Shown: piece after piece, positions 1-17,554 of the stretch | Layout: every line of letters starts with the position of its first letter | Position numbering within the stretch: position 1 is the stretch's first letter | Assembly: GCA_963695245.1 (NCBI GenBank) | Contig: OY968770.1 | Span: forward strand, 1,559,198-1,623,197 | DNA length: 64,000 nt | Direction of reading: 5' to 3' | From: an uncultured Gammaproteobacteria bacterium | Lineage (GTDB): Bacteria > Pseudomonadota > Gammaproteobacteria > JBGSLN01 | Notes under the pieces: model-generated | What the model saw: only the letters and a program-made list of their open reading frames with translations | Databases searched by the model: none | Told to the model about the DNA's origin: nothing | Made by a program: the position numbers and the translations under genes

Positions 1-2040
1 GTCTCCATGGGCATGCTGTGTTCTGAATCAGAGCTTGGATTGGCGGAATCTTCCGATGGTATTATGGAGTTACCTGAAGATGCCAATATTGGGGAAAATT
101 TAAGAGATTATCTCAAACTGGAAGATGTCTCGCTTACCGTGGATTTAACTCCAAATCGAGGGGACTGTTTAAGTGTATCTGGCATTGCCAGAGAAATCTG
201 TGTGAAAAATGAGTTTGCATTTGAAGCGCCTGAAATTGAGCCAGTTAAAGCCACCCATGACTCAGTGTTGAAAGTTGAAGTCAGAGAACCTTCATTTTGC
301 CCGGCTTATTACGGCAGAATCATAAAAAATATAGATAATACTCGCCCATCTCCATTATGGCTGAAAGAAAGATTAAGGCGCAGTGGCATTAAATCCAAAT
401 CACCCGTGGTGGATGTTACAAATTACGTCATGCTGGAACTGGGGCAACCTTTACATGGATTTAATTTTGAAAAAATTAACGATCACATTCAAGTGCGAAA
501 GGCAGAGGCTCAAGAAACGCTTACTCTGCTTAATGAAGATAAAGTCAATCTTAAAGACAATACCTATGTCATTAGCGATGCACAAAAACCCTTAGCCATT
601 GCCGGGGTTATGGGTGGGCTTGACAGTGCTTTTGAAACAGACTCAACCCAAGTGTTATTAGAAAGTGCTTTATTTTTACCAGAAAAAATTTCAGGCATCG
701 CCAGAACCTATGGTATTCATACAGACTCTTCCCATCGATTTGAACGAGGCGTGGATTACCAGTTGCAACAAAAAGCCCTTGAACGTGCAACAGCGTTACT
801 ATTATCCATTACCGGAGGTGAGCCTGGTCCCGTATTTAAAGCGGTTCACGAAACAATGCTACCCTCAGCAGTCAACATTCAACTGTCTTTGCAAAAAGTT
901 AGCAAGCTTTTGGGGGTTACTTTACCTGAAAGTTTTATTGAGAACTTACTAAAATCATTACAAATGCAGGTTACCAAAACTAATGATGGATTTTCAGTGA
1001 TACCGCCAAGTTTTCGTTATGATATTCAGCATCAGGAAGATTTAATTGAAGAAATTATTCGGTTTCACGGTTACAACACGATAGCTTTGGCGTTGCCAAA
1101 GCTTGCTGAAACGCCAACTGTTAAGAAAGAAACTAAACGGGATAAAGAAGATTTTCGTACCACCTTAAGTGCTTTAGGTTATCGCGAAGCCATCACCTAT
1201 AGTTTTGTTGATCCTCAATTACAAACGCTCATTTCCCCTGATGAAAAAAAGCTGGATTTAGCCAATCCCATTTCCCAGGATTTGGCGCAAATGCGAGCTT
1301 CTCTGTGGCCTGGGTTACTTCAGGCATTAAAATATAATCAGCATCGACAGCAGTACGATATCTGGTTATTCGAGTTAGGCAAAAAGTTTGTGTTTGATGG
1401 CGATAGGCTGAACCAAACAGATGTCATAGCAGGCGTGCTTTCCGGAGCAAAAGCGCCTGAGCAGTGGAGTATTGCTCGAGGTGAAGTAGATTTTTTTGAC
1501 ATGAAAGCACATGTGGATGCACTGTTTTCACTCACTAAAAATCAAGAAGCATTACAATTTATTGAAGCCAGCCACCAAGCATTACATCCAGGACAGTGCT
1601 GTAAATTAGTCTATAATGATAAGGAAGCAGGATGGATGGGAAAATTGCATCCAAAAATTCATCAAAAACTGGGGTTAAAGCAGTCTGTATTTGTTTTTGA
1701 AGTGGAAGAATCAGTATTAGCTGAAGCAAAAGTACCGCAGTTTACCGCAATTTCTAAATTTCCTTCCATTCGAAGAGATTTGGCATTGCTGGTAAAACAG
1801 AATGTTCAAGCAGCACAAATTGCAACAGTTGCACAAAATGCTGCTGGTGAGATGCTCAAAGATTTTAAAGTTTTTGACGTATACCAAAGTCAGGAGTTAC
1901 CACAGGGATACAAAAGTATTGCGGTTGGATTTGTGCTTCAGCATGAAGAAAAAACCTTAACCGATGAGGAAATTCATGAAGTAATGAATAATATTTTGAA
2001 TGCTCTGCAAGAAAAATTACAAGCACAATTGAGGGAGTGA
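1..2040 (+). CDS. pheT: Phenylalanine-tRNA ligase beta subunit (5' end outside window)
   Basis: [34 protein letters not shown] motifs; directly upstream of ihfA. Confidence 0.98.
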   Translation, partial: VSMGMLCSESELGLAESSDGIMELPEDANIGENLRDYLKLEDVSLTVDLTPNRGDCLSVSGIAREICVKNEFAFEAPEIEPVKATHDSVLKVEVREPSFCPAYYGRIIKNIDNTRPSPLWLKERLRRSGIKSKSPVVDVTNYVMLELGQPLHGFNFEKINDHIQVRKAEAQETLTLLNEDKVNLKDNTYVISDAQKPLAIAGVMGGLDSAFETDSTQVLLESALFLPEKISGIARTYGIHTDSSHRFERGVDYQLQQKALERATALLLSITGGEPGPVFKAVHETMLPSAVNIQLSLQKVSKLLGVTLPESFIENLLKSLQMQVTKTNDGFSVIPPSFRYDIQHQEDLIEEIIRFHGYNTIALALPKLAETPTVKKETKRDKEDFRTTLSALGYREAITYSFVDPQLQTLISPDEKKLDLANPISQDLAQMRASLWPGLLQALKYNQHRQQYDIWLFELGKKFVFDGDRLNQTDVIAGVLSGAKAPEQWSIARGEVDFFDMKAHVDALFSLTKNQEALQFIEASHQALHPGQCCKLVYNDKEAGWMGKLHPKIHQKLGLKQSVFVFEVEESVLAEAKVPQFTAISKFPSIRRDLALLVKQNVQAAQIATVAQNAAGEMLKDFKVFDVYQSQELPQGYKSIAVGFVLQHEEKTLTDEEIHEVMNNILNALQEKLQAQLRE

Positions 2041-2345
2041 TCATGGCCTTAACCAAAGCTGATTTAGCCGAACAGCTGTCTGAAGACATCGGCATTAATA
2101 AACGCGAATCCAAAGAGCTGGTGGAAGAGTTTTTCGAACAAATCCGTCAGGCTTTACAAAACGGTTATAACATCAAATTATCGGGGTTTGGTAATTTCTG
2201 TCTTAGGGACAAATCCTCAAGACCTGGCCGCAACCCAAAAACCGGTGATGAAATTCCCATTTCTGCCCGCAGAGTTGTCACCTTCAGAGCTGGCCAGAAA
2301 TTAAAAGAAAGGGTAGAGCAATATGCGGGACAACAAGGCGAATAA
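2037..2345 (+). CDS. ihfA: Integration host factor alpha subunit
   Basis: [10 protein letters not shown]...KLSGFGNF...RPGRNPKTG...[13 protein letters not shown]; likely start ATG 2043. Confidence 0.98.
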   Translation: MIMALTKADLAEQLSEDIGINKRESKELVEEFFEQIRQALQNGYNIKLSGFGNFCLRDKSSRPGRNPKTGDEIPISARRVVTFRAGQKLKERVEQYAGQQGE

Positions 2346-2691
2346 CATACGCTTACCGCCCATTCCAGAAAAACGTTATTTTAGTATCAGTGAAGTAGTC
2401 ACATTGTGTGCTGTAAAGGCCCATGTTTTAAGATACTGGGAGCAGGAATTTCCCAAACTAAAACCAAATAAAAGGCGGGGTAATCGGCGGTACTATCAAC
2501 GAAAAGATGTGTTACTGATTCGAAAAATTCGCGAATTACTTTATCAGCAAGGATATACTATCGATGGTGCTCGCAATGCTTTGCAAAACCAGCTCGCCAC
2601 AAAAAAAGAAGTTGAACATGCCGAAAATCCTATCAGAGAAATTATTCTTGAACTCGAAACGCTTCTTAAGCATTTAGAACAAATAATCTAA
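2323..2691 (+). CDS. MerR-family HTH regulator that follows ihfA
   Basis: [15 protein letters not shown]...[10 protein letters not shown]...RRGNRRYY; conserved pheT-ihfA-merR synteny. Confidence 0.93.
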   Translation: MRDNKANNIRLPPIPEKRYFSISEVVTLCAVKAHVLRYWEQEFPKLKPNKRRGNRRYYQRKDVLLIRKIRELLYQQGYTIDGARNALQNQLATKKEVEHAENPIREIILELETLLKHLEQII

Positions 2692-2695
2692 CTCA

Positions 2696-2804
2696 AAATG
2701 TAGGTTGGCGCTGACGAAGGAAGCCCAACAGTCGTGGCAATTAAAAAAGCCGTAATTAAATGAATACCCTGTTGGGCTTCCTTCGTCAGCGCCAACCTAC
2801 ATTT
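2696..2804. repeat. REPIN-like element copy 1 (36-bp perfect inverted arms)
   Basis: AAATGTAGGTTGGCGCTGACGAAGGAAGCCCAACAG (2696-2731) and its exact reverse complement (2769-2804). Confidence 0.95.
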
Positions 2805-2888
2805 ATTAGAGCTGAAAGTTTAAAAATCAGCAAATAAAAAGTCGATTCTAATTATCATAAAAGTAATATTTTAAGTTTTTTTTTTCAT

Positions 2889-2908
2889 ATTAATGTTCCC
2901 TTAAGGTA
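2889..2908 (+). promoter_or_regulatory. Possible PmrA-type direct repeat upstream of the giant effector-like gene
   Basis: ATTAATGTT-CC-CTTAAGGTA resembles the Legionella/Coxiella cTTAATatT-N2-cTTAATatT element; AT-rich context lowers significance. Confidence 0.35.
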
Positions 2909-2969
2909 ATTAACAAAAGAATAAGGTAAAATTTAACTAAGTTAAAAAACTTGTGCAAGAGGTGTCTAA

Positions 2970-5900
2970 ATGATGGGAAATACTAAAAAAACTTATGAAA
3001 TGACTATGTCATTATCCCATTTTTCTATTGATATACTGCGTGGCTACCTGCTTGTGAATCAGACTCAGACTCATGAGCTTGGAAATTTAGTTTTACAGGT
3101 GAGTGAGGCCAGAAAAGCTTTGATGCTGGCTTATGCTAACTTACAAAAAGATGAAAGTTCAGAACGATTGCAAAGTGCTTTAAACGAAGCTTTATCAAGT
3201 TATCTAATTTCTTTAAAAGAGAGTTTCAAGGATCTGCAAACTATTACTGCTGAAAGTGCAGCCAGCTTTTCTATAGAAGATTGTTTAAAAGTATCGGAAT
3301 CTATCGATGAAGTTTCCGCTGTATTCAAAGGCACTTTAACTGAGACTAGATTTCAGGAAAACTTCGAGTCTACCCAGTTACAGTTAAACGATCATCTTGA
3401 GGAACATACCAGCAAAAGCCACTTTGTTTTTGAAAGACGGCCTGAAACTGCTTTTGCAGAACCGTATGTATCTTTAGTTTTTAACGATTTTAAAGAGTCC
3501 TCCAGAAAAATTTTATTAGGAAAAGGTGCTAACTCAGAAGTTTATTACTGTCATTTTAATGGAACACCTTATGTGATACGACAACAACGTTTTGAATCTC
3601 CTGCTACTGAATTTGAAATTATAAACGCTATTCGTGAAGATGATTCAGAAGGTCTGTTTCCAAAAGGCGCCTTAAGTCATGATAAAAAAGATGAAGTACT
3701 CGAAGCAGGCGCAACACTGCCTCGTTTTAATACTGCACAGATGCCTCACCGAATATTAGATTTATTAAATGGACTTCAGTTTTTACATAATAGAAATATT
3801 TTTCATCGAGATTTAAAACCCGCAAACTTGATTCAATTACCGAATGGTAAAGTTGCAATCATTGATTTTGGTGAAGCCATCCGAGCAGAAACTGGTTTGG
3901 GTGATTTACAGGGTGGAACCCATTCCTATTTACCACCAGAGCATCTCGCTTCTGGAGTGAAACAAAGTGAAGCCAAATTTGATCAAGCGAAACGTGATGT
4001 CTGGGCTTTGGGTATCACAGTTTATGAGATGATATTTGGTGAATTGCCTTATGGTGATATTTCTGGGCATAAAAGAAGAGAATTAATCGAACGCATACAA
4101 CAAGAAGGTTGGAAAGCCTGTGAAGCTGCTTACTCTGAAGATGGGACTTATCAATTTAAAAAAATTAATGAATTGAATATCCCAGAAGTTCAAAAAGCAA
4201 AGTTAAATGAATTTTTTCTCAAAAGTTTAGATCCAAAACCACAAAGCCGTGCTACAGCAACCACATTGATGCAACTTGATTTATTTCAAGCAATGCCGGA
4301 AGATAAATCTGGCTTAAGGATGGAAGAAGCACTTCAGATGCAATATCAACTAGATGATAAAAGAACGATTGCAGGACAATCTTTGTCTGCGATGGCGGAA
4401 TATGCCTGTAACCTGATTTTACAAAATAAAAACCCACACCTTGACGTTGACCGTAAAAATCTTCCAGATCAAATTGAAAAAATGCTTGAAAATTTTATGG
4501 GTGATGTCCTCTTGGCAGAAGCAATACATGAACGTGTTTGGAAAGATGTCAGGCAATTACACATGTTTGCCGGTTACGATGCCACAGTCTTAAAAATGTC
4601 CCCTTCAGCCCTTAATCTAGAAGAAGAACTCAAAGTTAAGCTGGATAACGAGCAGATAAAATTGCTGGCTAAATGTCTTGATGGCAAATTTGATAAAGCT
4701 GATAAAGTTAAAATGAATGAAATGCTTACATCCGAACAGTTGGTTGTAAAAGCCATTGGCCAGTATATCAAGGAAAATTACCAAAGATTTCAAAATAAGC
4801 GTCAAGAGCAATTAGCTTTGGAAATACAAAAGGAAAGTAAAATAAAACCCACATTAGCGGGACGTGAAGAAGTAGAAATTGCTGGCAGTTTTTCTTTTAA
4901 ACCTTTCAATAATCTATTTGAAAAACTTATCAACAATTATACGGGTAGTTTAGAGCAACAAGCTTTGGTTGAAGACCTTAAACGAGGTAACAAACATGGG
5001 TTGGGGCACAGTTTTTTTAATGAACATTTACAAAAATATTTTGCGGATTTAGGGTTAGTAGAGGGTGTGGCAAAAGCAGGTAATCCTGAAGCATCGGTTA
5101 AAACGCTTTACCAAATTTTTAATGAAGGCAATGCTGAATTCGGCGTGAATAAAAACCCTGGTAAAGCTGCTATCGTTTTGGCTTTAGCTGGACGACTTAA
5201 AGTTTTTTCAAGCAATGATAAACGGAATGCGGAAACCAACGCTCGATATCTTATCGAACTTGGCAGACATTTCGAAGCTTATGGTGATCTCAATAGAGCT
5301 TATGACTGTTATGATGCAGCATATTTAGCGTACCGGCAATTAAAGCAGGTAGATGCCAAGAGTCTAAAGGTGCTTGAAGAAACTGCTGAAATTGCAAATG
5401 TAAGATTAAAAAATGACAGTGATGCCTGTCAGGACAAAATCGTTGATATATTAAAAAAACTCATTGATGAGGATCCTAAAAATATCGAAAAAGCTCAAAA
5501 TTTTTTGATGACTAAAGTTGGTAACTCAGCCAAAACCCCTAAAATGGAAGCTTTTGACGTATTTATATCTCAGAAGATGCAATCTTCATCTAACACCAAC
5601 AACATTTTGGTAGCCATTCGAGCTATAGGAAATGCCATCACAAATTTTCGTACAAGTTTTCAAGATGAAAAAGTGAATCAAAGTGAACATATCATATATT
5701 TACTAGAAATCACCCAGGAGTTTGGCAAAATATTGGCCGCTGAAAATAACGAAGATGCCAAGCCTTTAATCAACCAACTTAAAAGCTTTGAACAATATTT
5801 GAGAAGCAATGAAAAGAGCCTTGAACTTTTACAAAAACATATGTTTGCTTTGGCTAAAGCTGCACAAGTATATTCAGAAACAAAAAATCTGGGGCTGAGA

Positions 5901-8900
5901 TTATTAGATGACTTGTTACAACAAGAGCCAGACAATTTGATCATCAAACTCTTACATGCAAGTTTATCGGGGCATTCTGCAGCTGATTTAGTTCGAAATA
6001 AAATAAGTACTTTACTCGAATTGGCTTCCCAAACAGATGATTTAACCGTAGCAAAGGATGCTGTAAAATTACTGGTTGATAATTATCCCAGATATAAAGA
6101 TGAGCCTCAAGACGAAGGTCAATATGTCAAAGCAGTCTTACAGGATTTTTATCAGGCACTGAACAAAGAGCCTTATTCACAGTCAGAGGCAGATAAGTGT
6201 TTGATTGAAGTCATTAAAATATATTCCACCACTGCATATACTCGTCAAGGTGTTCTGCTATTTACGGATCGAGAAAAAAAACTGAGTGCTTTATCCGGTG
6301 CCATCAAACGTCTTGAACTTTCAGATGAAATAAGACAATTACTTGAATTAAGAGAATTCGATTTAGTAAATCAACTTTCAGAGGCAAAAGAATACCTGAG
6401 TGATGTTATTAAGACGCCAAAAACAACCACTAAAATTGATTTTTTCTACGAGCAGCTTCGACAAGCAATAAAAGCTAAAGATTACGAAAGTGTTCTTGCG
6501 TTACTGGCAAATTCTGCAGAAATGACCCTGCAAATTGCAACAGATAATCGTTACCAGGATGCTGTAAAATATTGGTTTAGTGAAGTTACAACATTCCTCA
6601 GGCAGAAAAGACCTGAAAAAAATATTAAAGATGAGGAAGGTGAGCGTCCAAACCCTGAATATGCAAATCAATTAAGCAACTATCATCAAAAGCTGGTTTT
6701 AATGATGAAAGCCTACCAGCCAGGTTGGATGGAACTGCAAGCTATTTTTAAGGATGCTTTCGAACTCTTAGCACAAGAGAATCATGAATTGCGCTTAGCA
6801 GCTGTAAATTTGTTGGTAAAGCAGTATCCTCGTAATACCACGGAGCTTTCTCAGGAAGCCAGGTTGATGATGCCAGTATGGGGGCAATTAAAATCAGCCA
6901 TTAAATCAAATGACAAAGAAGCTGAGCAAAAAGTATTGATTGCGATTGCGGAAATTTATTCTCAGGCGGCTTATGGTGTGAACCCTGATACTGGTATTAT
7001 CGATGCAGCATCCAAGCTTCAAAATACTCAAAAATTAATGGCAGAGGATGCGCCTGAAACAAAAGTTTCTCATTTAATACGAGCCAGAAAGTTAAAAGCT
7101 GAAAATAAACTGATTGAAGCGCAAGAAGCATTGCAGTTGGTTTTTGCGGAAGACGAAATCTCTATGCCCGTCTCAGCTTATTTGGATAAAATTGATTTTC
7201 TTGTCAGAGAAAAACAGTATATTGATGCTTTAAAACAACTTGCAGTGTTAAAAGAACAGGAAAATTTTCATTTATATGAAGCAAAATCACGACAATTATT
7301 TACAAATATTTATAACAATTTGCCAGAAGCTATATTTAACACTGAGACAGTAGCAGAAAATATTGAATTATTGAAAACGATGGTAGATTTTCATAATCCA
7401 GAGCAGCATGCCTGCGAATTTGCGATTATGAGTTTAATTACCCTTTCACTACAAACTCACAATCTCGAAGAGGCCCAAAAGGCCGTTGAAAAATTAGCGC
7501 AGCACTATCCTGTTTCAACTAAAGAGCGACCTACAGAAAGCGCTTTAATGCAGCCACTGTGGGCAGATCTTCATGAGGCTTTAACTCAAGAGCACCCCAA
7601 TGATGCCGATGTTCAAAAAGCGCAGTTTGAGATCATCAAAACCTATTTTAATCAGTCATTTTTGAAAGCTAATGAAATGAGTGTTCATAATGCTTACAAC
7701 AAGCTTTCACTAATGTTAAAGACTGTTAAAACAGACGCATTAGTTGCCGAGGATGTTAACCAATTTGAAGTTCTCAAAGCTATTGCAGACATTAAATACC
7801 CACAGGCACTTGAGAAGTTTACTGTTTTAGGCGGTGGGCGTTCAGATAACGAACTGGGTACCGATGCTTTACTGTTCAAAGCTCGAATTTTACTTCAGCA
7901 AGGTGATTACCAAAAAACGATTGATCTATTGAACCTCTTAAAAACTAAAGACGGATTTTTAAAAGTATCTGATTACGCCAGAAGTCTATTTCAAGATGCT
8001 TTGGCAAAAGTGGACTTGGATCCTTTAAAGTTGCTCCAGGAAAAAATCAACTATGATTGTTGTAAGGCTATTGATTTTCAAAAAGCATTCAATAATGTCG
8101 ATGTTCGGAGCTCTAAACAGAACCTCCAAAAAGTTAACGAACTTTATCAGCAATATTTAGAAAAAGAAGCAAGGGCGGTGTGTCAACTCAGCGGAGAAAG
8201 TATCGCTGCAATCAATACAGAAGATCTGGCACTGGCTCGAACTGACTCAAAAAAATATCCTAACACCAGTTTAACGCAAGCCTCTGCTTTATTTAATAAA
8301 TTTTCTGTGCTCATTATTGAGGAGGTTGTTAATTCAGCCGCATCTGCCGAAAATGCAGAGGATAAAATTACTTTTGTAGCTAGAACTATGGAAAAATGGC
8401 TTTTGATAGCCAAAATTGCTAAAGAAAAGTATGGGGATTTTAATTTCTATCAGGCAGTAAATGCAGCTTTTGGGAATGCCATTATTTTTAGTCGCTTAAG
8501 TGTTGCAAAAGATAGTCTTTCGCCTCAGGCTCGAGCAGTCTTAAATGACTTAGATTATACGTTTGCTACTAAGGGTAATAATAAAAACTATCGTGAAATT
8601 ATAGAAAAACAAGAAGGACGTTTAGTGCCTTTTTTGGGAATACTGTGTACGGATGCTACTTTTTTGAATGATACATTACCTTCCAATGCAAAAACACCAG
8701 AACAAAAATTGAATGCATTAAATCAACGCTCTGCAGGTTTAATGCTACAAGTGAATTTTGATGCTATTAAAACGGTGCTTGTGCGTGAACCGCTTCTAGA
8801 TGAAGCAAATTCAGCATATCATAGAATCAAAGCCTTTGAAATACATCCAAATCATGAGACGCTTAACTATAATAAAACATTTGAGATTCAACCCAGAGAA

Positions 8901-11024
8901 AATCCACCCAAGACAACGGATGTGCTAACAAAACAGCCTTTAGAGCTTGCAGAGCAACCTTTAGAAAATATTCTCAAAAACAAGCAATACCAGAATGAAG
9001 CTACCGCACTACTAAAACAAAGAGCCACAGCGCTTGTAGATGTTAACAATGAGAATATAAAAGTTTTAATTGAATCGATTTCAGACACACCGTCTGAAAT
9101 TTCCAAGGAAATCATTGCTAACTTACAAGCAGTTCATGAGCGCACACAAGCTTTGAACGAAGCTTTAAGTCAACGGCTAAATCCAAGTGATGAACTTCGT
9201 ATACAAATCACACAGTTTCAAAGAGAAATAAATCAGTTGTTAAAGTTAGTGAAATTCCAGCAACAGTATTCCAGTGCTGATGCACTCCAATCACCAAGTA
9301 TACAGCATGAGCTGGTTGAACTTTTAAGCTTTAAGCATGGTGAAACTGACTTTCAAAATATTCGAAATGCCCAAAAAAATATTGTTACAGCTTTGGTGGA
9401 CAAAACTGATATCGCCACTGAATTTAATAAAACACTGATTGGATTCATAGAATACAATTTGCCACCATTAACTAATTTACAAGAACAAAAAGTCAAACTG
9501 GATAATATCAAACTTTCTTTTGACAATGTTCAAAAAATCTTGGATGAAAAACCTGTCAGAATTTTAGGTTTTGGGCCAAAATTTACTGAAAAACAAAAGC
9601 AGTTAATTGTAGAAGGCCGATTCAAAGCTTTTCTTGAAGGTCGAAAAATTTGGTTGATGGAAGCCAAAGAAGCCATTCAACAAGCTAAACAACAGCTTGA
9701 GGATGAAAAAGCAAAGCTTAAGCCCTATGAAAATTTATCCGATGAAGCATTGCATATTATTTTAGGTGAAGATAAAGCATTCAACATTAATAGAGCCAGA
9801 GAGAAATATCAAACACTAAAGAGTGAAATTTCTAAACAGCAAATAGAGCTAAATGATAGGCAAATGGAACTTTCGAATATTAGTAGAGATGTTCAGAAAT
9901 TTGAAACACGCTTACAATCAGAGTTCATAAGAGGACGCTTTTTAAAAACTTCTTTAGGATGGGCTACGCAAACACTGCGAGAAAATCAGGAAGTAGATAT
10001 CTTTAATATGGACAAACGTGAATTAGAGCGCGCATCACAAAAGCTTTCTGATATGATTGACCGCGCCAATAGCATGCTATCAAGTATTCCTACTAAAAAT
10101 ACAGAAAGTGCAAACTACCGTAACCGCTTTGAAAGACATCAAAAAATTATAGAACAGCTCCAAAAAACTTTACGAAAATTGCTTGTAGATGCTGAAGCTA
10201 AAAAAACACAAATTGAAGTGGCGTTGCGTGAAATAAAAAGAGGCGAAATTGCATTAGCTCAACATCGGGTTGAGGCAAAAAGTTCGGAAACAGACACGTC
10301 TAAAACCAACAAAGCGCCTTTTAAAAGAATGCGCTCCTCAAGCTTTTTCACCCATAAACCAGCAGAAGATTCCTTAGAATTTTCTACAAGTGGTGATTGT
10401 GCGCTTAAAATATCTTTTGAGCCCGATACAAAAATACCTACTGCCAACAAATATACCACAGTTACTCCAAACTTAGACGTGCTTTCAAAGCCTATACCTG
10501 TTAGCCCCCGTAAAAAAGATGCTTTTGATACTGAACCATTACTGCAAAAAACCTCCAGCATGATCTATAGTGAAAATGGTAAAGGCGTTCCCAGAGCTTT
10601 TGAAAAAGATACAAAAAGTGGTACTCTAATACTGAAGCCTGCTGATGTTGCTGCTTCAAATAAACAGGCTAAAAAACAAGAATATGCCTCTGATAAGGCA
10701 ACTGTAGAACTGATGGTTAAACATGCTTTGGAAGAAGATCATGAAAAGCCGGTTTATCTTGAAGGTACTTTGGCTAAAAAAGCAGCTATATGGTTATTAG
10801 CCCACCGCAAAGCAGATGGTGGTAAAGGCCCTGATATTTTTGTCAAAGATAAAAAAGGTGAGTGGAAAGAAGTTTCCATGAGATCGATGGTGAAATATGC
10901 CCTTGAAATCAACCACAAAGCCAGTTGGTTAAAAGAACAACCTAGAAGTTTACCCTCTGACACATTAATTATCGATCGTGAAAATAGCTTTAAACCACCA
11001 AGATTTGGTGTACCAGCAGCATGA
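2970..11024 (+). CDS. 2684-aa candidate secreted effector: Ser/Thr kinase + helical repeats + RasGEF (CDC25-like) domain + coiled coil
   Basis: Kinase motifs [34 protein letters not shown] (~3510-4290); RasGEF-like FNKFS...[12 protein letters not shown]...SRL...NNKNYRE...[16 protein letters not shown]...EIQPRE (~8180-8900). Confidence 0.85.
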   Translation: MMGNTKKTYEMTMSLSHFSIDILRGYLLVNQTQTHELGNLVLQVSEARKALMLAYANLQKDESSERLQSALNEALSSYLISLKESFKDLQTITAESAASFSIEDCLKVSESIDEVSAVFKGTLTETRFQENFESTQLQLNDHLEEHTSKSHFVFERRPETAFAEPYVSLVFNDFKESSRKILLGKGANSEVYYCHFNGTPYVIRQQRFESPATEFEIINAIREDDSEGLFPKGALSHDKKDEVLEAGATLPRFNTAQMPHRILDLLNGLQFLHNRNIFHRDLKPANLIQLPNGKVAIIDFGEAIRAETGLGDLQGGTHSYLPPEHLASGVKQSEAKFDQAKRDVWALGITVYEMIFGELPYGDISGHKRRELIERIQQEGWKACEAAYSEDGTYQFKKINELNIPEVQKAKLNEFFLKSLDPKPQSRATATTLMQLDLFQAMPEDKSGLRMEEALQMQYQLDDKRTIAGQSLSAMAEYACNLILQNKNPHLDVDRKNLPDQIEKMLENFMGDVLLAEAIHERVWKDVRQLHMFAGYDATVLKMSPSALNLEEELKVKLDNEQIKLLAKCLDGKFDKADKVKMNEMLTSEQLVVKAIGQYIKENYQRFQNKRQEQLALEIQKESKIKPTLAGREEVEIAGSFSFKPFNNLFEKLINNYTGSLEQQALVEDLKRGNKHGLGHSFFNEHLQKYFADLGLVEGVAKAGNPEASVKTLYQIFNEGNAEFGVNKNPGKAAIVLALAGRLKVFSSNDKRNAETNARYLIELGRHFEAYGDLNRAYDCYDAAYLAYRQLKQVDAKSLKVLEETAEIANVRLKNDSDACQDKIVDILKKLIDEDPKNIEKAQNFLMTKVGNSAKTPKMEAFDVFISQKMQSSSNTNNILVAIRAIGNAITNFRTSFQDEKVNQSEHIIYLLEITQEFGKILAAENNEDAKPLINQLKSFEQYLRSNEKSLELLQKHMFALAKAAQVYSETKNLGLRLLDDLLQQEPDNLIIKLLHASLSGHSAADLVRNKISTLLELASQTDDLTVAKDAVKLLVDNYPRYKDEPQDEGQYVKAVLQDFYQALNKEPYSQSEADKCLIEVIKIYSTTAYTRQGVLLFTDREKKLSALSGAIKRLELSDEIRQLLELREFDLVNQLSEAKEYLSDVIKTPKTTTKIDFFYEQLRQAIKAKDYESVLALLANSAEMTLQIATDNRYQDAVKYWFSEVTTFLRQKRPEKNIKDEEGERPNPEYANQLSNYHQKLVLMMKAYQPGWMELQAIFKDAFELLAQENHELRLAAVNLLVKQYPRNTTELSQEARLMMPVWGQLKSAIKSNDKEAEQKVLIAIAEIYSQAAYGVNPDTGIIDAASKLQNTQKLMAEDAPETKVSHLIRARKLKAENKLIEAQEALQLVFAEDEISMPVSAYLDKIDFLVREKQYIDALKQLAVLKEQENFHLYEAKSRQLFTNIYNNLPEAIFNTETVAENIELLKTMVDFHNPEQHACEFAIMSLITLSLQTHNLEEAQKAVEKLAQHYPVSTKERPTESALMQPLWADLHEALTQEHPNDADVQKAQFEIIKTYFNQSFLKANEMSVHNAYNKLSLMLKTVKTDALVAEDVNQFEVLKAIADIKYPQALEKFTVLGGGRSDNELGTDALLFKARILLQQGDYQKTIDLLNLLKTKDGFLKVSDYARSLFQDALAKVDLDPLKLLQEKINYDCCKAIDFQKAFNNVDVRSSKQNLQKVNELYQQYLEKEARAVCQLSGESIAAINTEDLALARTDSKKYPNTSLTQASALFNKFSVLIIEEVVNSAASAENAEDKITFVARTMEKWLLIAKIAKEKYGDFNFYQAVNAAFGNAIIFSRLSVAKDSLSPQARAVLNDLDYTFATKGNNKNYREIIEKQEGRLVPFLGILCTDATFLNDTLPSNAKTPEQKLNALNQRSAGLMLQVNFDAIKTVLVREPLLDEANSAYHRIKAFEIHPNHETLNYNKTFEIQPRENPPKTTDVLTKQPLELAEQPLENILKNKQYQNEATALLKQRATALVDVNNENIKVLIESISDTPSEISKEIIANLQAVHERTQALNEALSQRLNPSDELRIQITQFQREINQLLKLVKFQQQYSSADALQSPSIQHELVELLSFKHGETDFQNIRNAQKNIVTALVDKTDIATEFNKTLIGFIEYNLPPLTNLQEQKVKLDNIKLSFDNVQKILDEKPVRILGFGPKFTEKQKQLIVEGRFKAFLEGRKIWLMEAKEAIQQAKQQLEDEKAKLKPYENLSDEALHIILGEDKAFNINRAREKYQTLKSEISKQQIELNDRQMELSNISRDVQKFETRLQSEFIRGRFLKTSLGWATQTLRENQEVDIFNMDKRELERASQKLSDMIDRANSMLSSIPTKNTESANYRNRFERHQKIIEQLQKTLRKLLVDAEAKKTQIEVALREIKRGEIALAQHRVEAKSSETDTSKTNKAPFKRMRSSSFFTHKPAEDSLEFSTSGDCALKISFEPDTKIPTANKYTTVTPNLDVLSKPIPVSPRKKDAFDTEPLLQKTSSMIYSENGKGVPRAFEKDTKSGTLILKPADVAASNKQAKKQEYASDKATVELMVKHALEEDHEKPVYLEGTLAKKAAIWLLAHRKADGGKGPDIFVKDKKGEWKEVSMRSMVKYALEINHKASWLKEQPRSLPSDTLIIDRENSFKPPRFGVPAA

Positions 11025-11031
11025 TATTTCA

Positions 11032-11060
11032 TTGCCTATTTCATTAGAATTAGGCATAAT
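11032..11060 (+). promoter_or_regulatory. Sigma70 promoter for tRNA-Pro
   Basis: TTGCCT-17 bp-CATAAT ending 10 nt before the tRNA. Confidence 0.65.
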
Positions 11061-11070
11061 ACTTGAGGTT

Positions 11071-11147
11071 CGGGGCGTAGCGCAGTCTGGTAGCGCACTA
11101 GCATGGGGCGCTAGGGGTCGTGGGTTCAAATCCCGCCGTCCCGACCA
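11071..11147 (+). tRNA. tRNA-Pro(GGG)
   Basis: CGGGGCGTAGCGCAGTCTGGTAGCGC...CTAGC-AT GGG GC-GCTAG...GGTTCAAATCC...CCGACCA, 77 nt. Confidence 0.97.
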
Positions 11148-11271
11148 TTACTTCTATTAGTCCAGTCTGTATCGTTAGACATTATATATTCATTAACATG
11201 CTCTTAAAAAATAAACTTGCGCACCAATCTTTATTTGTCATTTTCTAAAAGCCATTATCATGAAAACAGTC

Positions 11272-11378
11272 AATGTAGGTTGGGCTGACGAAGGAAGCCC
11301 AACAGGCTGTGACAATTAATTTAGACCGTAATTAAATGAATACTCTGTTGGGCTTCCTTCGTCAGCCCAACCTACATT
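11272..11378. repeat. REPIN-like element copy 2
   Basis: AATGTAGGTTGGGCTGACGAAGGAAGCCCAACAG ... CTGTTGGGCTTCCTTCGTCAGCCCAACCTACATT. Confidence 0.95.
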
Positions 11379-11515
11379 TATAGTGTTTCAATTTTGAAGT
11401 TTTGCGTTCCATAATAATTATCGATTGTCCATAAGAAGCTGTTATCATGAAAACAGGTGTGATTTAAAGGATTTTTTGCTAAAATATCAATCATTCAAAG
11501 CTTAGGGAGAAAAGG

Positions 11516-11956
11516 GTGGAAAATTATAAAAATATCCTACTGGCGGTAGATTTGCATGAAAATTGTGATGAAAATATCATCAGTCAAGCAATTAAAATGG
11601 CGCGTGAGCATGGCGCAAAATTAACTCTGTTGCATGCCGTTGAGCATTTAAATGCTTATGGGGTTGCTCAGGCTTACCCATCTATCATTGAAGTGGAAGG
11701 AAAACTGATGGAAGAGGCCAGAGCCAGTTTGCAAAAAATCATAGCAGAGCGTCAAATTGAAAAAGTCGCTACCATCGTTGAATCTGGCTCTCCAAAAATG
11801 ATCATTTTGGATTATGCCAAAGCACACGATATTGATTTAATTGTACTTGGCAGCCATGGGCGACATGGTATTAATATGCTGCTAGGCAGCACAGCCAATG
11901 CAGTATTGCATCATGCTCAGTGTGATGTTTTAGCTGTGCGGATACAGTCAAAATAA
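11516..11956 (+). CDS. Universal stress protein (UspA family)
   Basis: YKNILLAVDL...DLIVLGSHGRHG...LLGSTANAVLHHAQCDVLAVR. Confidence 0.95.
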   Translation: MENYKNILLAVDLHENCDENIISQAIKMAREHGAKLTLLHAVEHLNAYGVAQAYPSIIEVEGKLMEEARASLQKIIAERQIEKVATIVESGSPKMIILDYAKAHDIDLIVLGSHGRHGINMLLGSTANAVLHHAQCDVLAVRIQSK

Positions 11957-11994
11957 ATTTTTAAATTTAGCTTTAATCAACAGCAGTGAAAAAC

Positions 11995-15536
<3,542 letters not shown>

Positions 15537-15550
15537 TTTTTTTGTTTTCT

Positions 15551-15658
15551 AATGTAGGTTGGGCTGACGAAGGAAGCCCAACAGGCTTTGGCAATTAAAT
15601 AAAGCCGTAATTAAATGAATAACACTGTTGGGCTTCCTTCGTCAGCCCAACCTACATT
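15551..15658. repeat. REPIN-like element copy 3 (between convergent obgE and wrbA)
   Basis: Same 34-bp arms as copy 2 in inverted orientation, conserved spacer. Confidence 0.95.
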
Positions 15659-15712
15659 TAACTGTGGCCTGATTTAATTCCCACAACCTGTTGGGCCTGT
15701 TAAGCTCTATTA

Positions 15713-17543
<1,831 letters not shown>

Positions 17544-17554
<11 letters not shown>

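Noticed and set aside
10978-11160. 60-aa ORF
   Set aside because: Spans tRNA-Pro; spurious. The same applies to 20575-20769 over tRNA-Asn
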